DNA of 64,000 nucleotides from Phycisphaerales bacterium (GTDB lineage Bacteria > Planctomycetota > Phycisphaerae > Phycisphaerales > UBA1924). The stretch lies in the NCBI GenBank assembly GCA_965227775.1, contig OZ245777.1, positions 2,720,001 to 2,784,000 of the forward strand. The letters are read 5' to 3'. A model generated the notes under the pieces. The model searched no databases. It was not told the origin of the DNA and worked only from the letters and a program-made list of their open reading frames with translations. Position numbers and translations under genes: made by a program. This document shows positions 39,090-48,873 of this stretch, piece by piece (within the stretch, counting starts at the first letter, position 1; each line of letters starts with the position of its first letter).

Positions 39090-41123
39090 ATGACCGCCAC
39101 GCCGAACATCCCGGCCCCCACAACCGGCCAGGCCGTCAGCGAGCTGACGCGATACGAGGTCATGTTCCAGGCGCTGCGTGCGCGGCAGCGGAAGCCCGAG
39201 CACTACGGCGGGCTCGACAAGGTTGCCGTGATGGCGCGAGCCCGGGCCGACCGGCTGCGAGCCACGACGCGCCACCTGCTCTCTGAGGCGAAGCGGGTGC
39301 ACGCGCTTCGCCCATCGATCGTCGACCTGAGCGACGCCCAGCTCGACGAGGCGGTACGGACGGCCCGCGAGGCGTTCGTGCGCGGACGTGCCGATGTTGA
39401 GCAGCTGCGCCACGCCATGGGGCTGATGCGCGAGGTCGCACGGCGGCAGACTGAGCAAGAGCCGTACGTCGTGCAGCTGGCCGGTGCGTTGGGCCTCTAC
39501 CACGGCCGCGTGGTCGAGATGGCCACGGGCGAGGGCAAGACGCTGACGGGCTCGATCGCCGCGCCGCTGATCGCGTGGAGCCGCAAGCGGCTGCACGTGC
39601 TGACGGTCAACGACTACCTCGCCGCGCGCGACGCCGAGAGCCGCCGGCCGATCTATGAGCGTTGCGGGCTGACGGTGGGCGCGATCACGCAGGAGTTGAG
39701 TCCCCAGGATCGCGCAGGCGTGTACGCGCGGCACATCGTGTACGGCACACCAAAGCAGATCACGGCCAACTGGCTGCGAGACCAGCTGCGCATTGGCCGC
39801 CTTAAGACGCCATGGACCGGGCGGCAGACGCTGGCGCGCTTTGGTGATCGCCCCGAGGCGGCGGCGTTCAGCCCGCTGGTGCCGGGGCTGCACGCGGCGC
39901 TCGTCGACGAGGCCGACGCCGTGCTGATCGACGAGGGCGTCGTGCCGCTGATCATCGCCCAGGCGCGCAAGGAGGACGAGATGAGCGCGGTCTACGCGAC
40001 CGCCGCGAGGCTCGCCGCTCGGCTGGACGAGGGACCCGACTACACCGTTGAACACGTGCGCCGCAGGGCCGAGCTGAAGCGGCGCGGCCGCGATCGGCTG
40101 CAGGACCTCTTCGCGAAGGAAGAGGACGCCATCTGGCGCGCCCCCCGGCGCGCCGAGGAGCTCATCAAGCAGGCGCTGGCGGCGCGGCACTGCTACCTGC
40201 GCGGGCACCACTACCAGATCGTCGACGGCCGCGTTGTCATCGTCGACGAGTACACCGGACGGTACCTGGCCGATCGCTCTTGGGAGCACGGGCTGCACCA
40301 AGCGGTCGAGGCCAAGGAGGGCGTAGAGGTCACCGCCGACCGCGAGACGCTGGCGCGGGTCAGCTTCCAGCGGTTCTTCCGCAGCTACCGGTTCCTCGCG
40401 GGGATGAGCGGCACCGCCATCGATGCGCGCAGCGAGATCGAGGCCGTGTACTCGCGGCCGGTCGTTGTCATGCCGACGAACGAGCCGATGATCCGCGAGC
40501 AGTGGCCGACCAGGATCTTCCGCTCGAGCAACGCGAAGTTTGCGGCGATCGTCGACTCGGTCGTCGCCCAGCATGCCCAGGGACGTCCGGTGCTCGTTGG
40601 CACGCGGTCGATCGAGGTGAGCGAGCGGATCAGTGAACGCCTCGAGGCCCGCGGGCTCGCCCACCAGGTGTTGAACGCAAACTTCGACAAGACCGAGGCC
40701 GACCTGATCGCGCAGGCCGGGCGTAGCGGGGCCATCACCGTCGCGACGAACATGGCCGGCCGCGGCACGGACATCATGCTGGACGAGCGGGCGAAGGAAG
40801 CCGGCGGCCTGCACGTGATCCTGACCGAGCTGCACGCCTCGACGCGCATCGACCGGCAGTTCATCGGCCGGGCCGGCCGCCAGGGCGACCCGGGCAGCGC
40901 GCAGATCTTCGCGAGCCTGGAAGACGAGCTCGTCGAGCACAACTCGCCCAAGCTGGCTGGCTTCGTGCGCCGCCGGACGGCCCGCGAAGAGGTCGGCAAG
41001 GACCGCCTGGCGCGCCTTGCAGTGCGTCAGAGCCAACGCCGGGCTGAGCACCGCGACCGCATCAACCGCGGCCACGTCATGCGGCAGGACGACTGGATCG
41101 AGAAGCACCTGCCGGGCGGCTAG
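39090..41123 (+). CDS. Accessory SecA-like ATPase, C-terminally truncated (677 aa)
   Basis: EMATGEGKT, TVNDYLAARD, VDEADAVLIDE, VDEYTGR, GLHQAVEAKE, ATNMAGRGTDI, RIDRQFIGRAGRQGDPGS. Confidence 0.9.
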   Translation: MTATPNIPAPTTGQAVSELTRYEVMFQALRARQRKPEHYGGLDKVAVMARARADRLRATTRHLLSEAKRVHALRPSIVDLSDAQLDEAVRTAREAFVRGRADVEQLRHAMGLMREVARRQTEQEPYVVQLAGALGLYHGRVVEMATGEGKTLTGSIAAPLIAWSRKRLHVLTVNDYLAARDAESRRPIYERCGLTVGAITQELSPQDRAGVYARHIVYGTPKQITANWLRDQLRIGRLKTPWTGRQTLARFGDRPEAAAFSPLVPGLHAALVDEADAVLIDEGVVPLIIAQARKEDEMSAVYATAARLAARLDEGPDYTVEHVRRRAELKRRGRDRLQDLFAKEEDAIWRAPRRAEELIKQALAARHCYLRGHHYQIVDGRVVIVDEYTGRYLADRSWEHGLHQAVEAKEGVEVTADRETLARVSFQRFFRSYRFLAGMSGTAIDARSEIEAVYSRPVVVMPTNEPMIREQWPTRIFRSSNAKFAAIVDSVVAQHAQGRPVLVGTRSIEVSERISERLEARGLAHQVLNANFDKTEADLIAQAGRSGAITVATNMAGRGTDIMLDERAKEAGGLHVILTELHASTRIDRQFIGRAGRQGDPGSAQIFASLEDELVEHNSPKLAGFVRRRTAREEVGKDRLARLAVRQSQRRAEHRDRINRGHVMRQDDWIEKHLPGG

Positions 41124-41706
41124 CGCGGCGTCGTGTGGCGAGCAGGCCGAACAGCACCAGGGCGCTCGCGGGCGCGGGGACGACGATGATCCGTCCCGTG
41201 CCCTCGGTCAGACCGTCGAGGCGGCTCTCGGCGATCGCCGAGTCGGGATCGATGTAGACCGCGAAGGTCGTCGTCAGCGTGGACAGGTCGACCGCAAATG
41301 CGCCCGCGTCGGTTGGCGCGGTGAAGGTCGCCTCCCAGAAGGCGATCGGGTCGCTCGTGTCGGCCCCGGGGCCGGCGATCGGGAAATGGAGCTGGCCGGC
41401 GATGATGCCCACGTAGCCGCCGGCGTCGGGCAGCCCGGCGCTCGTGCCGGGGCCGTTCATCGGAGACACGAGCCCGATGTCCGACCACGCAACGTCGATG
41501 TCGATCCCGCCCGAGTCGGCGAGCAGGCTGGTGGCGACGCCGGCCATGGCATAGTCCTGGGCGCTATCGAAGCTAGCCCAGAGACGCACGGTGGTCGAGT
41601 CGCCCGGCGCAAGCACCGGCTCGTCGACGTCGATCGTGATGCCAACGGTTTGCGCGTGCGAGGTCGTAGCGATCGCGAGGAGGGAAGTCGTGATGGCGCA
41701 ACGCAT
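41077..41706 (-). CDS. Secreted PEP-CTERM-like (VPAP) protein
   Basis: Signal peptide ending SHA-Q; C-terminal VPAPASALVLFGLLATRRR. Confidence 0.8.
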   Translation of the reverse strand: MRCAITTSLLAIATTSHAQTVGITIDVDEPVLAPGDSTTVRLWASFDSAQDYAMAGVATSLLADSGGIDIDVAWSDIGLVSPMNGPGTSAGLPDAGGYVGIIAGQLHFPIAGPGADTSDPIAFWEATFTAPTDAGAFAVDLSTLTTTFAVYIDPDSAIAESRLDGLTEGTGRIIVVPAPASALVLFGLLATRRRASRPAGASRSSRPAA

Positions 41707-41727
41707 GGCGTGTGCCTCCGTGTGTGA

Positions 41728-42318
41728 TCAGCGGCAGCGGCGGATGCCTAGCACTCCGAGCGCGAGCACAACCGCACTGGCAGGGGCGGGGATGACGAAG
41801 ATCGAGGCTGAGTCTTCGACGACAAGATCTAGACGAGACTCCGCCGATGACGTGTCCCGTGACAGATACACGTCGAATCGATCCGTCAGGGTCGACAAGT
41901 CGACCACGTAACCTCCACCGGCGTCGTCGGGCGCAGTGAACGTGGCTTCAAAGAACGTGATGGGGTTTGACGGATCTCCGAAGATGCCAGCGGGCGGAAA
42001 GTGCAGTTGGCTTGCTTGCAACCCAACGAATGCGGTTTCGGTCACCTGCGGGCCGCTGGGTCCTGTGCCAAAGGGTGAGGGCACGATCACGTTCGACCAA
42101 TGCCGGCGCGGATCGGCAATCGGGCTATCGAAAGCAAAGTCGAGCAGCACACCTGCGAATGCGTAGTCGGCATCTGGGAAGTGTGCCACGAGTCGCACAT
42201 CCGTGAACTCGCCCGGAGCCAGGATCGGCTCATCGATCTCGATGGTGACGCCCACGGTCTGGGCGTGCGCGATACCTGCAAACGCGGCGACCGCGGTGAT
42301 GGAAAGCATTCGGGTCAT
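41728..42318 (-). CDS. Secreted PEP-CTERM-like (IPAP) protein, paralog of 41077-41706
   Basis: AHA-QTVGVTIEIDEP; QLHFP; EATFTAP; IPAPASAVVLALGVLGIRRCR; GGAGGAG RBS. Confidence 0.8.
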   Translation of the reverse strand: MTRMLSITAVAAFAGIAHAQTVGVTIEIDEPILAPGEFTDVRLVAHFPDADYAFAGVLLDFAFDSPIADPRRHWSNVIVPSPFGTGPSGPQVTETAFVGLQASQLHFPPAGIFGDPSNPITFFEATFTAPDDAGGGYVVDLSTLTDRFDVYLSRDTSSAESRLDLVVEDSASIFVIPAPASAVVLALGVLGIRRCR

Positions 42319-42434
42319 ATCTTCTCCTCCGGGATGCGTTCCCTGTTCCTCGGAGGCCAGCATACCCGAAGTCGGCCCGATTCCAACGCCGATTGTCGCC
42401 GCAGGGCGTTGGGTCAGTAAGGCGGGGCCCCGCG

Positions 42435-43067
42435 CTAGCGCCTTAGGGCCAGGATCAGCTCGATGGTGCCCACCTGCTGGTCGAGGCGACGAGCGATGTC
42501 CAGCGGGGTCTTGCCGTCGTCGGCCAGCTCGTAGACCTCCTGGTGCAGTGGGTCGCTCGCATCGGGCACCGGCGGCCGCTCGGCGGGAGCATCGCTGGCG
42601 GTGTCGTCCCACGGGTCGGCGGTTCCGTTGACCGAGACCGGCGGGGCATCCGGCTCGGCAGAAGCCGGCGCTGCGATCTGCTCGGCGGCCATTCCCGCGG
42701 CCAATCTGGCCTCGAGCCGCTCGATCCGCTCGTCGGCCTGGTCGAGCAGCGCCTCGAGCCGGGCGGCGCGGGTCTCCAGGCGCGCTGCGAGGTCGCGCAC
42801 GATGTCGGCCATCTCGGCGGCTCGTTCGCCCTCGGCCTGGCGGTCGGCGATCGTCTCTCGCATCTCGAAGACCGGGCTCTCCTCGGGCGAGCGGCGCTGG
42901 CGACGCCACTGCAGCCGCAGAAGGACCCAGATCAGGATGGCGACGCCGAAGGCCAGCAGCACCCACGAGGCGAATTGCTGCGGGCCGCTGGGGCCGTCGG
43001 CCGCGTCGCCACCAGTCGCGGGGTCGCTCGGCTCGCTCTGGACCAGCATGAGGGAGACGGGGGCCAT
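42435..43067 (-). CDS. Single-TM coiled-coil protein with C-terminal HTH-like domain
   Basis: TM segment, coiled coil, VYELADDGKTPLDIARRLDQQVGTIELIL; start uncertain. Confidence 0.65.
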   Translation of the reverse strand: MAPVSLMLVQSEPSDPATGGDAADGPSGPQQFASWVLLAFGVAILIWVLLRLQWRRQRRSPEESPVFEMRETIADRQAEGERAAEMADIVRDLAARLETRAARLEALLDQADERIERLEARLAAGMAAEQIAAPASAEPDAPPVSVNGTADPWDDTASDAPAERPPVPDASDPLHQEVYELADDGKTPLDIARRLDQQVGTIELILALRR

Positions 43068-43118
43068 TGGCAATAGTGTCGGCATGCAGGGCCCAGGTCC
43101 ATTCGATACCATCACCGC

Positions 43119-44120
43119 GTGCGAGACGACCCCGCCGCAGCCGAGCGCCGCATCGTCCGGTCGTGGCGGATGCTCACCGGTGGGCCCGAGGTGCGCGATG
43201 GGGATCGCCCGACGCTGCTGGCTGTCTCGGGGGGGGCTGATTCGTCGGCCTTGGCGCTGGCGCTCGGGCGGCGACCGGGCGTGCTGGCGATCGGCCACAT
43301 CGTGCACAACATGCGGCCCAAGAAGCACGCCGAGACGGACCGGCGGCATGTCGAGAAGCTCGGGGACTTGCTCGATCTGCCCGTGCACGTCGAGTTCGTG
43401 GTGCTCGGAAAGGGCAATGCCGAAGAAAGCGCCCGCCGCCTGCGATACGAGGCTCTCGCGAAGCTCGCCGGCAACGCGGGGTGTCGGTACGTCGCCGCCG
43501 CCCACCAGGCCGATGACGTGCTCGAGACGCTGCTGGCGAACCTCGTGCGCGGGACCGGGCCACGCGGGCTGCGCGGGCCTGCGCCGCGACGATCGATCTC
43601 GGACGATGTGACGCTGGTGCGGCCGATGCTGCGTGTGACGCGGGACCAGGCCGAGGCGATCTGCCGCAAGGCTCACTGGCACTGGGCCGAGGACGCGACG
43701 AACATGGACCCCGGCGGGGCCGATGCGCCGCTGCGGGCAGCGCTGCGCGAGCGCGTACTACCGGCGCTCGAGGAACTGCGGCCGGGCGCGGCGCTGCGTG
43801 CGGCCCGCGGCGCGGAGGCTGTGGGTGAGGCTGTGCGTGTCGTCGAGGGCGTGGTTGGCGGCGCGTGGGCGAGCATGGCGGCAGAGACTGACGACGCAGT
43901 CGAGTTCGACCGCGAGGCGTTTGGGGCGTGCCCTGCCGCCGTCCGCGAGGGACTGCTCCGACGCGTCATCCGACACTTTGGGGATGCCGGGCATGATCGG
44001 CTGTCTTCTTCGACGGCTCGTTCGCTGCTGGTCTGGATCGATACGGGGAAGGGCTCGCGCGTGGTTGCGGGCGTGCGGTTCGCGGTTGCCGGATCCGCGC
44101 TGCGGGCAACCCGCGTGTAG
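43119..44120 (+). CDS. tilS: tRNA(Ile)-lysidine synthetase
   Basis: AVSGGADS, HNMR, EESARRLRY, AHQADDVLET, VRPML, EDATN. Confidence 0.92.
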   Translation: MRDDPAAAERRIVRSWRMLTGGPEVRDGDRPTLLAVSGGADSSALALALGRRPGVLAIGHIVHNMRPKKHAETDRRHVEKLGDLLDLPVHVEFVVLGKGNAEESARRLRYEALAKLAGNAGCRYVAAAHQADDVLETLLANLVRGTGPRGLRGPAPRRSISDDVTLVRPMLRVTRDQAEAICRKAHWHWAEDATNMDPGGADAPLRAALRERVLPALEELRPGAALRAARGAEAVGEAVRVVEGVVGGAWASMAAETDDAVEFDREAFGACPAAVREGLLRRVIRHFGDAGHDRLSSSTARSLLVWIDTGKGSRVVAGVRFAVAGSALRATRV

Positions 44121-44153
44121 CGTGCCAACGGCCTGGCGCGCCAATCATGGGCC

Positions 44154-45398
44154 ATGGCCAAGAAACCGTCCGCCGCTTCCGCCAGTTCCCACACCCCCAT
44201 CGCCGCCGTCGAGATCAAGAAGCGCCGCCAGAAAGTCGCTCGGCTCTTGAAGGACCGTGTCGGGCTTGTCTTCGCCGGCGAGCACAGCGCGTCGCTACGC
44301 GGCGACTGGGAGCCTTCGGTCGAGTTCTACTACCTCACGGGCATCGCAGACGAGCCGGGTGCCGTGTTGCTGCTGGATCCGAGCCATCCGAACCCTCGAC
44401 GGCGTGAGGTCCTCATGTTCCGCAGCCGCGACCCCGAGGACGAGGCGTGGCACGGCATCCGCGAGGGGCTGAGCCCGCAGCTGCGCGATCGGCTGGGTGT
44501 CGGAACCGTCTTCCGCACCAACCGCCTGAACTGGCTGGTGACCGAGGCCGCCAGCCGCACGGGCAAGCTGGCGACCCTGCACGAGCCCAAGCCTGCACCG
44601 GCGGGCGTGAATCAGGACCTTGCGGCCTTCCGACTTGCGGCCGAGCGGGTGCCGGGTGTGTCGATCGAGCCCGCGTGGCGAGAGTTCTACCAACTCATCG
44701 CCGCGAAGAGCCCGGCGGAGCGCAAGCTCATCCAGGGGGCCGTCGATGCGACGATGGCCGGCGTACGCGCGGCAGCGAAGGAACTAAAGCCGGGCGCCAG
44801 CGAGGGGGCGGTCATTCGAACCTTACAGGCGACGTTCGCCGAGCACGGCGGCGAGGGCAACGCCTTCAACCCCATCGCCGGCTCGGGCGTCAACGCGACC
44901 GTGCTGCACTACGGCGCCAACAACCGCACCATGGAAGACGGCGACATGCTCGTGCTGGACAGCGGCACCAAGATGGGCGGCTACTGCGCTGACATCACGC
45001 GAACCTTCCCGGTGAATGGCAAGTTCAGCAGCACGCAGTCCGATGCGTACGAGCTAGTGCTCAAGGCTATGAGGGCGAGCATCAAGGCCTGCACGCCCGG
45101 CACCTGGATGCACGACGTCGACGCCGCCGCGCGAGAAATCATCGACAAGGCGGGCTACGGGCACGCGTTCTACCACGGCATCGGCCACCACCTTGGCATC
45201 TCGGTGCACGACGTGGACCCCAAGACGCCGCTCGCGAAGGACGCCATCGTGACCATCGAGCCGGGGCTCTACCTGCCCGACGAGAACATCGGCATCCGCA
45301 TCGAGGACGACATCCACGTCACGGCGAACGGGCCCAAGAACATGAGCTCCAAGCTACCGGTGGACCGCAAGGGTGTCGAAGCGCTCATGAAGGGCTGA
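44154..45398 (+). CDS. pepP: Xaa-Pro aminopeptidase (M24B)
   Basis: FYYLTG, LHY, DSG, ADITRTFP, HGIGHHLGISVHD, TIEPGLY, GIRIEDD. Confidence 0.92.
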   Translation: MAKKPSAASASSHTPIAAVEIKKRRQKVARLLKDRVGLVFAGEHSASLRGDWEPSVEFYYLTGIADEPGAVLLLDPSHPNPRRREVLMFRSRDPEDEAWHGIREGLSPQLRDRLGVGTVFRTNRLNWLVTEAASRTGKLATLHEPKPAPAGVNQDLAAFRLAAERVPGVSIEPAWREFYQLIAAKSPAERKLIQGAVDATMAGVRAAAKELKPGASEGAVIRTLQATFAEHGGEGNAFNPIAGSGVNATVLHYGANNRTMEDGDMLVLDSGTKMGGYCADITRTFPVNGKFSSTQSDAYELVLKAMRASIKACTPGTWMHDVDAAAREIIDKAGYGHAFYHGIGHHLGISVHDVDPKTPLAKDAIVTIEPGLYLPDENIGIRIEDDIHVTANGPKNMSSKLPVDRKGVEALMKG

Positions 45399-45804
45399 GC
45401 AGCAGCAACGCGACCACGCCGCGCGCCGACCATAGCAGGGTGCGCGCCCAGTTTGTCGCCACCAGTGTGCGCACCACCGCGACGTCGTGGCCCTTGCCCA
45501 GCCGGCCGTGCAGGGGGACCTGGACAAAGAACGTCGAGGCCCAAACCAGCGCGAGCAGGACCGCGCCGGCGATGGTGAGCGTGCCGGGCGAAAAAGCGAG
45601 GAGCACGCCAGCGCAGACGACCTCGGCGAGCATGGTCGGGCCGACCACGAGCGTGGTCAGCGACTGGTGTCGCCGGCTGTACTCGGCCCAGCCCTTCTCA
45701 CCGACGCCGGCGAACAAGGGGTAGTGCACGACCTGGACGAACCAGATGAGGCCGACCATGAACCACGTGGCGGCGGCGTGGATCAGAAGGGCAAACTCGG
45801 TCAT
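45385..45804 (-). CDS. Conserved small membrane protein
   Basis: GLIWFVQVVHYPLF, QVPLHGRL, NWARTLLW; about 4 TMs. Confidence 0.75.
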   Translation of the reverse strand: MTEFALLIHAAATWFMVGLIWFVQVVHYPLFAGVGEKGWAEYSRRHQSLTTLVVGPTMLAEVVCAGVLLAFSPGTLTIAGAVLLALVWASTFFVQVPLHGRLGKGHDVAVVRTLVATNWARTLLWSARGVVALLLLSPS

Positions 45805-46211
45805 GGACGCTCGCTGTGGTACTTCAGGGCATCACGGAGCATGAGGGTGAAGGGGATCCACCAGATCAGGTCGTTCGTCAGGATGGTGATGCCGAAGGCC
45901 GGGGGCAGATCGCCGTTGATGAGCGCCTGCGCAAAACCGATCGGACCGAAGATCTTGCCGAGCAAGCCAACGAGCACTATCGGCCAGTGCCGGCGGTGGT
46001 CGCGGGCGGCGACAAGGTAGCCGACGCCGTAGACGCCCACGATCATGCCGATGCACTGCCAGAGCTGGGGGTAGCGCGGCTGCTCCATGCCGGCGAACTC
46101 GAAGAGTGCGCCCGGGAACAGGACGACGGCGGCGCCCCAGAGGATGTTGTACACCCCAGCGGCACACAGCCACCAGAAGGCCCAGCCACGGGATGGTCTC
46201 GATTGGTTCAT
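45801..46211 (-). CDS. Conserved small membrane protein
   Basis: AAGVYNILWG, WQCIGMIVGVYGVGY, GLLGKIFGPIGF, NDLIWWIPF; ATGA overlap. Confidence 0.75.
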   Translation of the reverse strand: MNQSRPSRGWAFWWLCAAGVYNILWGAAVVLFPGALFEFAGMEQPRYPQLWQCIGMIVGVYGVGYLVAARDHRRHWPIVLVGLLGKIFGPIGFAQALINGDLPPAFGITILTNDLIWWIPFTLMLRDALKYHSERP

Positions 46212-46272
46212 GGTCGATGTTCGGCACGACGACGGCTGGCGATGAGAGGCGTGCGCCCGGCGTGGGGATTTC

Positions 46273-46980
46273 CTAGGTCTGCTGCGACTCACCCTTGGGC
46301 CTGTGAGCAGCGTGCCATCGCGCGAGCGCCACAGTGAAGGCGGCAAAGAAGAACGGCAACACCATCTCGAGACCCTCCTCGATGGCGTAGGCCACCAGTC
46401 GGAGGCGATCGCCAACCGCAATGCCGAAGTTCTCTTGGAGGATGGCTGGGGCTCGGTCGACTGCCTTGGTGAAGACAAGCATGCAGAACGCGAACCCGAG
46501 GGCATAGGCCCACCACGCGATGGGGCGCTTCCAGGGCTTCAACTGGACGAGGCGGGCAATCAGGATCACGACGCTGGCGAGGATCAGCACAAGGATGCCG
46601 CCTGCGATGATGCGTTCGAGCACCGTGCCTTCGCGGTAGTAGAACGGCGGCTTGAGCATGCTGTACTCGGTGAACGCAACGTGCCAGTCCCACTCCCGGG
46701 CGGCGGCTGCGAAGGCGACGATCATGCCCGCGGCAACGGTCCGGGTGGGCTTGCGGAAGACCAAGGGAACCCAGAGCGCGAAGGCCAGCCACAGCCACGG
46801 CGAGGCCTGCTCAAAAGGGCCGGTCTCTTCGAACAGGGTGGCGGTGCGGCTCTCGGGGAGGGCCAGCGCCAGCACGGCCAGTGCCGTGGCGGCGACGATC
46901 GCGACGACAACGCTCGTGAAGAATGCGGTCCGGCCGGCTTTGGTAGGTGTGCTCACGGCCGATGCTAGGGCTTCCCTCAC
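46273..46980 (-). CDS. Multi-pass membrane protein
   Basis: About 6 hydrophobic segments; EETGPFE, REWDWH, IEEGLEM. Confidence 0.7.
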   Translation of the reverse strand: MREALASAVSTPTKAGRTAFFTSVVVAIVAATALAVLALALPESRTATLFEETGPFEQASPWLWLAFALWVPLVFRKPTRTVAAGMIVAFAAAAREWDWHVAFTEYSMLKPPFYYREGTVLERIIAGGILVLILASVVILIARLVQLKPWKRPIAWWAYALGFAFCMLVFTKAVDRAPAILQENFGIAVGDRLRLVAYAIEEGLEMVLPFFFAAFTVALARWHAAHRPKGESQQT

Positions 46981-47019
46981 GCGCGGAGGCTACCGTGGCC
47001 GCGTGCAGGAGCCTGCGGA

Positions 47020-48873
47020 TTGCTGCTGATCTCGCGTGAATACCCCCCGTTCGTTGGCGGCGGCATCGGCACCTACACAGTGCGCATGGCCAAGGCGCTT
47101 GCCGCGCAGGGCCACCAACCGGTGGTCGTCACCGTCGGCGACTGTGACGAACCGACAGTTGAAGAAGACGCCAGTGTGCGCGTGGCCCGGCTGCCCTTTC
47201 TCGATTATGTTGAGAATCAACAGGATTGGGCCGGACCACGCCGGAGCATCCTGGACTCGCCAATGGGCCCGGCGTGCCACGCGGCGTTCTGGGCGTTCCA
47301 CCGCGAAAGCGTGCTGGCGATGCAGCTTCGCGAGTATCTGCCCTGGCTTCTTGAGACCTTCGACCCACCCGCCATTGAGGCGCCTGACACAGGGGCGCTG
47401 CTTTGGTTCATTCTGAATGAGCGGCGGCTCGGCCGCGGGCCGCTCGCGGGCCGGGCGGACGCCCCCCCCATCCTCGTGCACCTGCACTCGCCGACGGCGT
47501 GGATCGAAGAACTGCAGGGCGGACAGCAGCCCGGACGCGGCATGGCCGAACTGCGGTCGATGGAGCGTGACGTGCTGAGGTGGGCGGATGGCGTCGCGAG
47601 CCCGAGCCGCATGCTGGCCGAGTGGACGCGAGCGTGGGAGCCGACCATCGGGTCGGTCGAGGTCACGCCGTATCCGCTGGGCGAACCGGTCGATCTGGAC
47701 GCACCGCTCCCGACCGGAGGCGATGCGCTGTTTGTTGGGCGTATGGAGCGTCGCAAGGGATTCGATACGCTGGCCCAGGCCCTTGGACGGCTCGGGTCCG
47801 ATGCTCCCTTGTTGCGGGTCGCGGGGCGGGACACGTTCGATTGGGTCGCCGGCGAGATGTTCGGCGCGATGGCGATACAGAGGCATTGCGAAGGACGTGA
47901 CCTGCGCATGCTCGGCGAGTTGCCGCCAAGCGAGCTCGCAGCGCAGCGTCGGGCGTGCGGCATCGCGGTCGTCGCCAGCCCGAATGACAACTATCCCAAT
48001 ACGTGCATGGAAGCGATGGTTGCCGGGCAGATTGTCGTCGCGGCGAACGCTGGCGGCATGGCGGAGATGATCGAGGATGGTGTGAGCGGGCTGCTGTTCG
48101 AGCCGGGTAGTGTCGAGGACTTGTCGCGTCAGCTCGGCGAGGCGGCTTCGATGGCCGCGGCAGATCGGAGCACGATGCAGTACGCAGCCAGGCAGCGAGT
48201 GTTGGACTTGTGCGGCGATCAACACGTCGTTCCCGCACGCCTGACGCATGCTCGCTCTCTCCGAGCGATGCAGCCGACCGCCAAGTCAAATCGCGAAGTT
48301 GCGATCGTCGCGTTCGACCCGGTGGGCGATGATCTGCGGGCATCGCTGACGGATGCGCTGCGTGCGAACACCGATGTGGATGTCGTCGCGCCTTGGTTCT
48401 CGCGGATGGGGCCTGATGGCGTGGAGGTCGTGCCATTCTCGACGCCTTCGGCCGAGCAGAACACGTTGCTGATTGAGCACCCTGGCCCGCTAGCAGTGGA
48501 TGCCGCGTGGTGGCGGCGCTTGGAAGACGAAGGTGTTCAGGGTGGTTCGGCGGCGATCCTCCTTGCCCTGGTCGAGCGCGGAGCGAGGGCGGCGGTGCTA
48601 CCGGAGGTCGTGGCCCCGCCAGCGTTACCCGCTCGGAGCGATGTTCCGGGGTATGCGATCTCTCGAAAGCTGACCGACGCCGAGCGGGCGGCCAATCAAC
48701 AGCAGGCCCATCTCGTGAAGGTCGAGCATCGGGCGGAGCAGGCAGAAGTTGACCGAGATTCTGCGTGTGCGGAACTTGCCGAGATCCGCAGCTCGCGGGC
48801 GTACAGGCTGGCATCGGCGGTCTCCAGGCTCCTGCATCGCTCGGGTTCGAGTCACCGTAGAATCGACCCGTGA
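47020..48873 (+). CDS. GT4 glycosyltransferase with C-terminal coiled coil
   Basis: SREYPPFVGGGIGTY, FVGRMERRKG, DNYPNTCMEAM; tail ELAEIRSSRAYRLA. Confidence 0.85.
   Translation: MLLISREYPPFVGGGIGTYTVRMAKALAAQGHQPVVVTVGDCDEPTVEEDASVRVARLPFLDYVENQQDWAGPRRSILDSPMGPACHAAFWAFHRESVLAMQLREYLPWLLETFDPPAIEAPDTGALLWFILNERRLGRGPLAGRADAPPILVHLHSPTAWIEELQGGQQPGRGMAELRSMERDVLRWADGVASPSRMLAEWTRAWEPTIGSVEVTPYPLGEPVDLDAPLPTGGDALFVGRMERRKGFDTLAQALGRLGSDAPLLRVAGRDTFDWVAGEMFGAMAIQRHCEGRDLRMLGELPPSELAAQRRACGIAVVASPNDNYPNTCMEAMVAGQIVVAANAGGMAEMIEDGVSGLLFEPGSVEDLSRQLGEAASMAAADRSTMQYAARQRVLDLCGDQHVVPARLTHARSLRAMQPTAKSNREVAIVAFDPVGDDLRASLTDALRANTDVDVVAPWFSRMGPDGVEVVPFSTPSAEQNTLLIEHPGPLAVDAAWWRRLEDEGVQGGSAAILLALVERGARAAVLPEVVAPPALPARSDVPGYAISRKLTDAERAANQQQAHLVKVEHRAEQAEVDRDSACAELAEIRSSRAYRLASAVSRLLHRSGSSHRRIDP

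Noticed and set aside
10645..41108. Long antisense ORFs (e.g. 10645-12549, 14603-15787, 36628-39123, 38337-41108)
   Set aside because: Shadow ORFs opposite well-supported genes, expected in high-GC DNA
46995..47030. Apparent +1 frameshift at the 5' end of the GT4 gene (LRI/LLISRE)
   Set aside because: TTG 47020 has an AGGAG RBS at suitable spacing, so no frameshift is needed
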